From positions 1,950,001 to 1,982,000 of the forward strand of contig NC_010546.1 in NCBI RefSeq assembly GCF_000017845.1: 32,000 bases of DNA. Reading direction: 5' to 3'. The notes under the pieces were generated by a model. The model worked only from the letters and a program-made list of their open reading frames with translations, made no database searches and had not been told where the DNA came from. Shown piece by piece: positions 1 to 7,882 of this stretch; position 1 is the stretch's first letter; the number at the start of each line of letters is the position of its first letter. The position numbers and the translations under genes are program-made. This DNA comes from Crocosphaera subtropica ATCC 51142. GTDB taxonomy: Bacteria > Cyanobacteriota > Cyanobacteriia > Cyanobacteriales > Microcystaceae.

Positions 1-262
1 TATCGGTACAATTATCAGCAATGACAATAATTTTTTCGGGGAAATCAACTTGATTAATGATAGATTTTAAAGGGATCTCAATAACAGTTTCTTCATTATA
101 AGCAGGAATTAAAATATTGAAGTCAACTTTATTATCTAGTTTGATTTCCGATATTTCAGCAACAGGAAATAAAGACATTAAACATTCAAAAGATAAGACC
201 AAACAAGGAATTAAAATCAGACAAGCAATAAAAATTAGTAAGATTTCTAAGAATAGTATCAT
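1..262 (-). CDS. Family 2 glycosyltransferase, N-terminal part (3' end runs off the window)
   Basis: Not in the ORF track because there is no stop in the window. Hand translation from ATG (262-260): MILFLEILLIFIACLILIPCLVLSFECLMSLFPVAEISEIKLDNKVDFNILIPAYNEETVIEIPLKSIINQVDFPEKIIVIADNCTD. It has an N-terminal TM helix, then ILIPAYNEE and ADNCTD, the usual opening motifs of GT-A/GT2 enzymes. It starts 25 nt after the stop of the co-directional GT4 gene. Confidence 0.6.
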   Translation of the reverse strand, partial: MILFLEILLIFIACLILIPCLVLSFECLMSLFPVAEISEIKLDNKVDFNILIPAYNEETVIEIPLKSIINQVDFPEKIIVIADNCTD

Positions 263-287
263 AGTTTAAACTTTAACAATAATCAAT

Positions 288-1490
288 TTAATGAATAGAC
301 TCAAATAATAATTTCAGTTTTTGTGCTTCTTGGGTGACATTATGGTTTTCTTTTACCAGTTTAATGCCAATTTTACCCATATTTTTTAATTCAGAAATAG
401 GAGTATCTAAAACAGTTTTCATGGTGCTAACTAAGGCTTCAACGGAACCAGCAGGAACCAACCAACCTGATTCTCCAGGAATAACTAATTCAGGAATTCC
501 AGCAATATAAGTGCTAATAACAGGACGACCTAAGGCCAGACTTTCCATAATAACAACCGGTAAACCTTCAGCAAAACTAGGTAACACCATAACTTGTGAT
601 TGTAAGATATATTTTTGGACTTGTGCTTGAGTTGCCCATCCTGTAATCTCTACTGTATCCTCTAAATTGAAACGGTTTATCGATTCTTCAATCGGTTGTC
701 TTAATTCTCCATCACCCACTAAAATTAATTTGAAATCATAGCCTTCACCAACTAACTTACTAGCTGCTTCTATTAATAAATATTGACCTTTTTGTTCACT
801 TAAACGACCCAGAGAAACAAAACAGGGTTTTTCAGGCATAGGTTGATAAGAAAAAGATAAAAAAGCATCATCAACCCCGCAATGAACAATTTTTATTTTA
901 TCCCAGTCTTTAAACTCACACCAGCGATAAAGTTGACTTTTTCCATAGGAACTAATGGCAACCACAAAAGCAGCCCTTTTTATTTTTTCAGGTAAAGCGA
1001 TCGCCTCAACTTTATCAAACTCCTCTGGTCCATGAACCGTAAAACTATAGGATACACCGCTTAACACATTATTGAGTAACAAAACGGTGGTAGAATTAGT
1101 TCCAAAATGAGCATGAAAATGGCTAATTTCTAAATAAGAAAATCGCTCTACTAAAACACAAGCTTCTGCTAAATAGGCTAAATTCAATATTAATCCTCTA
1201 TCAGAATTTAAACCTATTTTAATCGTTAATTGTAATGCTTCTAACCAACGCTTGGGTCGAGTGATAGCTACTTTGAGAAAACTAATTAATAAACCAATAA
1301 TTCCTACATCTAAAATGATATTAGTTTTGGCTAATTCCTCTTTATCAGCCTTATCAATTAATGGTTCTTGACAAGCACGGATTGAAAATCGTGTAATCGG
1401 AACTCCTAGTGCTTCTAACGCTAGGATCTCTCGCCGAATGAAACTATGACTAATTTTTGGATACTGATTAATTAAATAGGCAATTTTCAT
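288..1490 (-). CDS. Family 4 (GT-B) glycosyltransferase, WcaL/EPS-type
   Basis: 400-aa ATG ORF. The C-terminal half carries the GT4 E-x7-E signature EGLPVVIMESLALGRPVISTYIAGIPELV. Forms an operon-like pair with the downstream GT2 gene. Confidence 0.85.
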   Translation of the reverse strand: MKIAYLINQYPKISHSFIRREILALEALGVPITRFSIRACQEPLIDKADKEELAKTNIILDVGIIGLLISFLKVAITRPKRWLEALQLTIKIGLNSDRGLILNLAYLAEACVLVERFSYLEISHFHAHFGTNSTTVLLLNNVLSGVSYSFTVHGPEEFDKVEAIALPEKIKRAAFVVAISSYGKSQLYRWCEFKDWDKIKIVHCGVDDAFLSFSYQPMPEKPCFVSLGRLSEQKGQYLLIEAASKLVGEGYDFKLILVGDGELRQPIEESINRFNLEDTVEITGWATQAQVQKYILQSQVMVLPSFAEGLPVVIMESLALGRPVISTYIAGIPELVIPGESGWLVPAGSVEALVSTMKTVLDTPISELKNMGKIGIKLVKENHNVTQEAQKLKLLFESIH

Positions 1491-1710
1491 CTTATTTTTT
1501 CCTAAGATTTAGCCTGATGATGGGACTACATATATACAATACATGAAAACTTCTTCTATTTAACTAAATAAGTATTTATGCTGAAATGAGTCAACTGATT
1601 TATGTTAACTGTCCACTTTTAATTTATAATAGAAGGTATAGGTTATGGGTAAAAAATCTGTGCGTCTACAGCCCAAATCCTAAACAAGCATTATCTTAAT
1701 AACATAGTCG

Positions 1711-2790
1711 ATGAACCATCACCCCGAAGAAACATCACCACAGCTTTCTGAAGAACAAGCTCAAGAATTAATGCGATCGCTTCTCCACAAAGAAGGAACC
1801 TGGGTAGACTGGGGAAAAACCTGTCAACAGCTACAAAAAGCAGGCTATAACAGTCAAACCCTCTTTGAAAAAACTGGGTTTCAAGCCAGTCAACAAAATT
1901 TAATTATCGTGGCTGCTCAAGTGTACGAGAGTTTAGTGAATACTGAAGTGTCCGAAGACTTGTTAAGTTACTATCGTGGACCGAAAAGTGATGTTCTCTA
2001 CGAACTACGGATCTTAAACCAAACTCAACGAGCGATCGTCGCACAATTAGCTAAAGATAAAACTTTAGACGCAATAGAAACAAAAGAGGTAGCTAAAACC
2101 TTTCAAACCTTCTCTTTAATGCCTCAACTGCCTCCAGGGTTTACCCTTCATCCTGGAGACGCAATGGCTTATCAAGCTTGGAAACAAGCAAAGCAAAAAA
2201 AAGACCTTCAAGCGCGCACTCGTTTGATCGCTAAAGGATTAAAATATGCTTTTTCCAACACCGCCAGAGAAGCCATTGAAAAATTGCTCAGTGATTTTAC
2301 TGTAACGCCTGAACGCAGCGCACCTTTAATGCCCCTCTATCGAGTTCAAAACCAAGAAGAGATATCCCGTATCGTTCCCTTGGCTGGAACCCTTCCCTTG
2401 AGCAAAAATGAGGTGTTAGGAGTCAAAAAATTAGACATCGTTAGCCCCTTTAACTCTGTTACTCACCATAACACAGGGTCAGTGGTTCCCCTACCGAGTT
2501 GGCAAGCTGTCTTAACTGCAGTTGATCCAGTAGCTATTTTATGTCAAAGCGATCGCCTACCTCAGTCTTTAACAGGGAAACCAGAGGAAGTTTTAGTCTT
2601 AATTGATCGTAGTCAAACGAACTGGGACGATCAGAGTTATTTCTTGGTCGAAGAAGCAGAAGAATTAACCTTTAAATGGTTTGCTGAACAACCGTCTACT
2701 CCCTTATTAGGTAAAGTTATTATTGTTTTAAGACCTAAAAAGATTTTTGATGAAAATAATTTGTTAGAACCCTGGCAAATGGATGATTAA
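1711..2790 (+). CDS. raf1: RuBisCO accumulation factor 1 (Raf1)
   Basis: 359-aa ATG ORF. The N-terminal block LSEEQAQELMRSLLHKEGTWVDWGKTCQQLQKAGYNSQTLFEKTGFQASQQNLIIVAAQVYESL and the overall length match my memory of cyanobacterial Raf1. Contains HIP1 sites. Confidence 0.8.
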   Translation: MNHHPEETSPQLSEEQAQELMRSLLHKEGTWVDWGKTCQQLQKAGYNSQTLFEKTGFQASQQNLIIVAAQVYESLVNTEVSEDLLSYYRGPKSDVLYELRILNQTQRAIVAQLAKDKTLDAIETKEVAKTFQTFSLMPQLPPGFTLHPGDAMAYQAWKQAKQKKDLQARTRLIAKGLKYAFSNTAREAIEKLLSDFTVTPERSAPLMPLYRVQNQEEISRIVPLAGTLPLSKNEVLGVKKLDIVSPFNSVTHHNTGSVVPLPSWQAVLTAVDPVAILCQSDRLPQSLTGKPEEVLVLIDRSQTNWDDQSYFLVEEAEELTFKWFAEQPSTPLLGKVIIVLRPKKIFDENNLLEPWQMDD

Positions 2791-2808
2791 ACTGACATAC
2801 CAGTATCA

Positions 2809-2844
2809 ATCAATATCTTAAGTTAAATCAATATCTTAAGTTAA
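2809..2844. repeat. Perfect 18-bp tandem duplication (atcaatatcttaagttaa x2)
   Basis: Read directly: 2809-2826 and 2827-2844 are identical. Lies between the raf1 stop and the tRNA-like fragment. Confidence 0.9.
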
Positions 2845-2858
2845 ATGTGTCGCTGTAC

Positions 2859-2914
2859 AGCAATATATCGGACTCGAACCGATGGCTCCATCACTCGTAA
2901 TGACGGTGCATCTC
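2859..2914 (-). pseudogene. Diverged 3'-half remnant of a tRNA-Thr-like gene (putative distal att repeat)
   Basis: The T-arm core tatcggactCgaaccgatg (2866-2884) matches 8252-8270 of the intact tRNA-Thr at 18/19 positions, in the same orientation. Weaker similarity extends through the anticodon arm, the D-stem 3' side and the acceptor 3' strand (agcaatat vs agccacgt). There is no D-arm and no canonical 7-bp acceptor stem, so it is not a functional tRNA. Confidence 0.55.
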
Positions 2915-3439
2915 GACCCCCTAAATCGCTGTAACTCCCATCATATATACATCACAAACCTGAACTCATGATAACTTCGACTTTATTACATAGATAGCTG
3001 AAAAGCAAAATATTAACCTCAATTTATTTCTCTCTTTTTTTATTTTAATTAGAAAAGATTCTCAATACTAGGTTTTGATAATTTGAAGAAAATGTATCAT
3101 TTCTATACAAAATAGGGTTGAAGAAAATAAAATAGCTATCGTTTAAAATTATAATTTCATTAATTTAATTTTTAGCTAAAAATGATTTGTTATTTTTTGA
3201 TTTTTGAAGGGGATGAATTTGATTAAAATTATTTTTATTTGAGTTTTGATGAAAGAAATTAAAGATATAGATATAGGGTATGTCCTTTTCCAAGGTAATT
3301 TAAAGATCGAATGTATTGTACAGATAATTCAGTGATCTTGAAAGAAAAGCATTTGTTAATTTCGGTACACAACTTGGGAATACTCACTTTAACAGCATAA
3401 AAATTAACCACTATCCCCAATTTGGAAAATTGAGCTAGT

Positions 3440-5851
3440 ATGTTTGAATTAATTAATGGTAATGCTCAAAAGTTAGACTATTCTTTTTTATTACTGACTC
3501 ATTTAATGTGTGCAGATCAACAGATACATAATAAGGAGTGGCAGTATTTAAAACAAGTTGAAAATACACTGATGGTAAGCGTATTTACTAAGGAAGAACA
3601 AGATAAGATAATCACACAAGATGAAACTATGTTATCTGTTGAAACGGTTGCTCAAAAAATAGCCAAAACTGAATACGATTCCTTGATTAAACAATTAGTA
3701 CAATTTGCTCACATTGATGATTTTTATGCACCGTCAGAACGTAAAATGATTGAGACTATTAGAAAAATGTGGGGGTTAAGTCAGAGACAAGTTAAATATT
3801 TGGAGTTGAATCAGTCATTGCAAAAGATGACTCCATTAGCCCCTATAAAACACAGTAAGAAAAAAATCAATTTAGGAGATGATTATACAAAGGCACTTAA
3901 ACAATGTGCTAAAGTTGCAAACCAAGATTTTTCTTTAACTAAAAAATACTTAAAAGAGACAAAAATTATTCTTGAAGTATTAGAGAAAACAATTATCAGA
4001 CAACTTGATTATCATAAAAATCATAATAGTCAATTTAAAAATGAAACTTACAAAGATATCCTTAAACAATTAGAAGCAACTCAACAGTCATTAAATACGG
4101 AAATTAACAAACAAATCGATCAAGCTATTGATTCTCTCCATGCAAAAGAACGTTCTCTTAAATATTTTACTATTGCTTTTATGGGAAGAACTAAAGCAGG
4201 TAAAAGTACACTCCATGCAGTCATGACGGGAGAAGGTTGGGAAGCAATAGGTGTAGGAAAACAACGCACTACTCGTTTAAATCGTGTTTATGAATTGTCA
4301 GATATTCGGATTATTGATACTCCTGGAATTGGTGCGCCTGGTGGAAAAAGTGATGAAGAAATTGCTCAAAGTGTTATTGATGAAGCTGATGTTATTTGTT
4401 ATGTAGTCACTAATGATAGTATTCAAGAAACAGAGTTTGAGTTTCTAAAACAATTAAAAGAAAAATCAAAACCCTTAATTGTTTTACTCAATCTCAAAGA
4501 TAATGTAAAGGATAGTCGGCGGTTACAACGTTTTCTAAAAAATCCTGACAAATTGTTTAAAAAAGAAGGTAACGATGGTATAGCAGGTCATATTTCCAGA
4601 ATTCGACGCTATGCTAAAGAGCATTATAGTAACGACTATTTTCCTATTATTCCTGTGATGTTATTAGCCGCACAAATATCTAAAGAAATTGAAGATAAAC
4701 AGCAAGCAGAACAACTTTTCAAAGCCAGTCGAATAGATGACTTTTTTACAGCTATTCGTGAATCAATTATAGATTATGGAAGTATTAGGCGATCGCAAAC
4801 TTTATTAGGTTCAACGGTTGGTAATATTGAACAACCCAATCAATGGATTAAAAAAGAATTAGAAAGTTATCAAAACCTAACTAATACTTTAAAAGATCAA
4901 TCTGTAAACGTCCAAAAAAATATTAAACAAGCTCAAAAAGATTCAAGATTATTATTGAAGCAAAGAATTGATGAAACCTTTGAAACAGCAATTCAAACAA
5001 TTCCTTCCTTTGCAGAAGATTATTGGAATGCTGATGCAGATACACTACAACGAGAATGGGCAAGAAAGATGAATCAGATTAAGTTGGATAAGCGAGTTGA
5101 AAACAGTTATAAAGAAGCTGGTCAACAATTTAACGAAGTTGTTAAAGATATCTTGGATGAAGTTGAACAAGAATTAATATTAATGTCTAACTTAAATGGT
5201 CATAAGTTTAAGTTTTCTCAACAAGATTCTAATGATTTTTGGAGAATGGCGTTAAAATTCGGAGGAGGTTTATTAGCAGTTGGAGCAGGATTAGTAGCAT
5301 TATTTTTCCCACCATTTGCTGTTATTTTAGGAGGGGTTGCTTTTGGAGGAGGTATTTTAAATGCCTTGGGTGGTTTTATGAAATCAAAATCTGAAAAACG
5401 AAAAAAAGCAGTTAATAATATTTCTGATAATTTAAGAAGTCAACTTAAAGAACAACAAGAAGAGACTGTTGAAAAAATGTGTAATGAGTTTGATACTAAT
5501 TGTCTTAAACTTAAGCAGACAATCAATACTTATTTTAAAAATTATTTTGAAATTTTTAAGGAGCTTTATGAGTGTTTTATCCTAAGAAATAAAGATTTAT
5601 TTGAAAATTGTGATTCTTTAAATTGTGCTTATTCTAAACGAATAATTGATTATTCTCGTCAAAAGTATGAACCGTTAACTGAAAATAATATCAATAAAAT
5701 TATTGTGAAGGTTGATAGAAAATTTGGTGACGAAATAAAAATTCAAACTCAACACTTTTTAAATTTAAAAGTCAACCAATCTCAACTGGAACAAATTTTA
5801 CAAGAAAAGATTTCTATCATTGATTTACAAGGAAAGTCTTTACTCAAATAA
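3440..5851 (+). CDS. TerB-like N-terminal domain / dynamin-like P-loop GTPase with coiled coils and a Gly-rich transmembrane hairpin
   Basis: 803-aa ATG ORF. Residues 1-115 hold two AD/DD-x(6-7)-E helical repeats (CADQQIHNKEWQYL; HIDDFYAPSERKMIETI), which I infer to be TerB-like. GTPase motifs: G1 GRTKAGKST (4184-4210), G3 DTPG (4316-4327), G4-like NLKD (4490-4501). Long K/E/Q-rich helical regions follow. Hydrophobic hairpin GGGLLAVGAGLVALFFPPFAVILGGVAFGGGILNALGG lies at 5261-5374. Confidence 0.85.
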   Translation: MFELINGNAQKLDYSFLLLTHLMCADQQIHNKEWQYLKQVENTLMVSVFTKEEQDKIITQDETMLSVETVAQKIAKTEYDSLIKQLVQFAHIDDFYAPSERKMIETIRKMWGLSQRQVKYLELNQSLQKMTPLAPIKHSKKKINLGDDYTKALKQCAKVANQDFSLTKKYLKETKIILEVLEKTIIRQLDYHKNHNSQFKNETYKDILKQLEATQQSLNTEINKQIDQAIDSLHAKERSLKYFTIAFMGRTKAGKSTLHAVMTGEGWEAIGVGKQRTTRLNRVYELSDIRIIDTPGIGAPGGKSDEEIAQSVIDEADVICYVVTNDSIQETEFEFLKQLKEKSKPLIVLLNLKDNVKDSRRLQRFLKNPDKLFKKEGNDGIAGHISRIRRYAKEHYSNDYFPIIPVMLLAAQISKEIEDKQQAEQLFKASRIDDFFTAIRESIIDYGSIRRSQTLLGSTVGNIEQPNQWIKKELESYQNLTNTLKDQSVNVQKNIKQAQKDSRLLLKQRIDETFETAIQTIPSFAEDYWNADADTLQREWARKMNQIKLDKRVENSYKEAGQQFNEVVKDILDEVEQELILMSNLNGHKFKFSQQDSNDFWRMALKFGGGLLAVGAGLVALFFPPFAVILGGVAFGGGILNALGGFMKSKSEKRKKAVNNISDNLRSQLKEQQEETVEKMCNEFDTNCLKLKQTINTYFKNYFEIFKELYECFILRNKDLFENCDSLNCAYSKRIIDYSRQKYEPLTENNINKIIVKVDRKFGDEIKIQTQHFLNLKVNQSQLEQILQEKISIIDLQGKSLLK

Positions 5852-5952
5852 ACAATGAGACAGATAAAGTTTGTATCTCAAGTTAAATTCCATTAAAGTT
5901 TTTTCCAAAACCAAATCACTCACCATCTTATTCACTTATCGAGGATAATCAC

Positions 5953-7674
5953 ATGACTACTTTTAAAGCTGCTGCGATCGCTAATCTTTTTGAAACAACA
6001 ATCACTAAATTTCGTGAGTTACTAGACACCACTAACCAACTAGAAATTAAACAAAAATTAGATAAAGAATTAGAACAACATCAAGAACAAACTTTTTTAA
6101 CCGTTGCATTTGTCGGACAATATAGCGCAGGAAAATCAACTATCATTTCTGCATTGACAGGAAAAAGAGATATTAAAATTGATGCAGATATCGCTACTGA
6201 TAAAACCACATCTTATGATTGGAATGGAATTAAAGTCATTGATACTCCTGGACTTTTTACAGATCGAAAAGATCACGACCAAATTACTTATGATGCTATT
6301 CATAAAGCAGACTTACTCATTTTTTCTCTCACTTATATGTTGTTTGATTCTATTACAGTTGAGAACTTTAAAAAGTTAGCTTATGATCAAGGATATGATT
6401 GGAAAATGATGTTAGTGATTAATAAAATGTCAAACGAAGCAGGAGAAGAAGCAGAAAAAATAAATAACTATCGTCACAGTTTAGCAGAAGCAATTAACCC
6501 CCATTATCTTAATGATTTTCCTGTGTGTTTTATTGATGCCAAAGATTATTGTGAAGGAATAGATGAAGAGGATGATTTTCTTTTAGAAATGAGTCGGTTT
6601 CCTACTTTTATTGATGAATTAAATAACTTTGTACAAGCTAAAGGTTCTCTTGCTCGTTTTGATACTCCTGTAAGAATTTCTCTGAGTTATATTGATGAAG
6701 TACAATTACAATTAATGCGAGACTCAGATGAAGATGCAGCTTTTTTCCATATTCTCAATCAATTATCTCGTAAAGTTCGGAAAGAACGTAATAAGTTACG
6801 TAATGAAGTACAAAGTATTATCCTCAGATTAACATCAGTAATTTGTACTGAAGGTAATAACTTAGCAGCAGCAGTAGGAGATAAAAATTTTGAAACTCTC
6901 AATAAACAAGCAGAATTAAATGTTCAGAAATATTATGAAAAAGCAGAAAATGAACTACAAGAGCTATTTGAATCTGCTGTTGAAGAAATTAGAGATGAAG
7001 TAAGAAAGGTTTTTGAATCTAATTTTGCTCAAACTTTTTTTACTTATCTTGAAAATAATTTTTCGTTTCATCAAAAACATCCTGACGACGGAATTAATAT
7101 TGAACAATTGAAAAATCAATTCAATGGACTCAAAAATATTGCAGAAACCGTAGGATTAGAAATAGGAAAATTAGCAACTCGAAACTTTATGAAAATTCCC
7201 AGTAAACCAGGATTTTTAAAAGGTATAGATGTGATAGGAGGCGACGTTCATAAAGGAGTTTTGCAGGTGGGAAAAGTTGTCGGATTTAAGTTTAAACCTT
7301 GGCAAGCGGTTCGTTTTGCTAAAAATATTGGTAATGCTGCTAAATTTCTTGGGCCAGTTTTAGGGGTTGTTGCATTAGGAATTGATGTCTTAGACGAAAA
7401 ACAAGAAATGAAAAGAGAAAAACAAATGTCTGATTGTCGTCGTGAAATTAATAGTACATTTCAATCTGTTGCTAAAGACTTAGAAAATCAAATACACATT
7501 CAACTCAATGATTTTGAAAAACAAGTTTATAATGAAATAGAGCAACAAATTAAGAAAGTGCGTCAACAACAAGAAGATGCTGTTTCTGCTTCTAATATTA
7601 ATGTTCAAAAACTAACAGAGATTCGTAAAGAATTTGAGCTAATTCTAAAAGAAATTAGTGAAACAATTAATTAA
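5953..7674 (+). CDS. Dynamin-family GTPase (LeoA/BDLP-like), paralogous partner of the upstream gene
   Basis: 573-aa ATG ORF with a GAGGA RBS 8 nt upstream. G1 GQYSAGKST (6115-6141), G3 DTPG (6241-6252), G4-like NKMS (6421-6432). The NTPase core aligns by eye with the upstream protein. Helical/coiled-coil stalk, with a Gly-rich hydrophobic segment FLGPVLGVVALGIDVL (7345-7392). Confidence 0.85.
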   Translation: MTTFKAAAIANLFETTITKFRELLDTTNQLEIKQKLDKELEQHQEQTFLTVAFVGQYSAGKSTIISALTGKRDIKIDADIATDKTTSYDWNGIKVIDTPGLFTDRKDHDQITYDAIHKADLLIFSLTYMLFDSITVENFKKLAYDQGYDWKMMLVINKMSNEAGEEAEKINNYRHSLAEAINPHYLNDFPVCFIDAKDYCEGIDEEDDFLLEMSRFPTFIDELNNFVQAKGSLARFDTPVRISLSYIDEVQLQLMRDSDEDAAFFHILNQLSRKVRKERNKLRNEVQSIILRLTSVICTEGNNLAAAVGDKNFETLNKQAELNVQKYYEKAENELQELFESAVEEIRDEVRKVFESNFAQTFFTYLENNFSFHQKHPDDGINIEQLKNQFNGLKNIAETVGLEIGKLATRNFMKIPSKPGFLKGIDVIGGDVHKGVLQVGKVVGFKFKPWQAVRFAKNIGNAAKFLGPVLGVVALGIDVLDEKQEMKREKQMSDCRREINSTFQSVAKDLENQIHIQLNDFEKQVYNEIEQQIKKVRQQQEDAVSASNINVQKLTEIRKEFELILKEISETIN

Positions 7675-7852
7675 ATCTATTTGTCCTAAAAGATGATTGA
7701 AAAAACCAAAAATTAGGGTAGAATTATGATATTTCTTCTCCTGTTTTGACTCTAATGTGGCTAATGTCATGCAAAATCTACTCTATAGAAAAGGTAATGA
7801 TTTTTTAGTCAAATTTTGTCCAAACTGATTTGAGATAATAAGTATTTTAATG

Positions 7853-7882
7853 ACAGCTAAACTTAGATTTAGCTGTTTTTTT
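7853..7882 (+). terminator. Rho-independent terminator closing the two-GTPase operon
   Basis: 9-bp perfect stem acagctaaa / tttagctgt (7853-7861, 7868-7876), 6-nt loop, then tttttt (7877-7882). Confidence 0.7.

Noticed and set aside
2856-2933. Functional tRNA-Arg(ACG) on the minus strand
   Set aside because: An anticodon-arm-like and a T-arm-like hairpin are present. There is no D-arm, two extra nucleotides sit between the T-stem and the closing helix, and there is no canonical 7-bp acceptor stem. It was treated as a tRNA-derived remnant.
2915-3439. Integrase/recombinase gene or remnant in the islet spacers (also 7683-8244), and a 28-codon sORF at 3249..3335 (MKEIKDIDIGYVLFQGNLKIECIVQIIQ)
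   Set aside because: All six frames are densely interrupted by stops and no recombinase motifs are visible by eye. The sORF has no RBS or recognisable features, so it is not reported as a gene. Degraded remnants would need tBLASTn to detect.
6179-6379. Track ORF 6179..6379 (+), an alternative frame inside the second GTPase gene
   Set aside because: It overlaps the G3/switch region of a CDS with clear P-loop motifs in another frame. The L/I/M-rich peptide is typical of an off-frame AT-rich translation.
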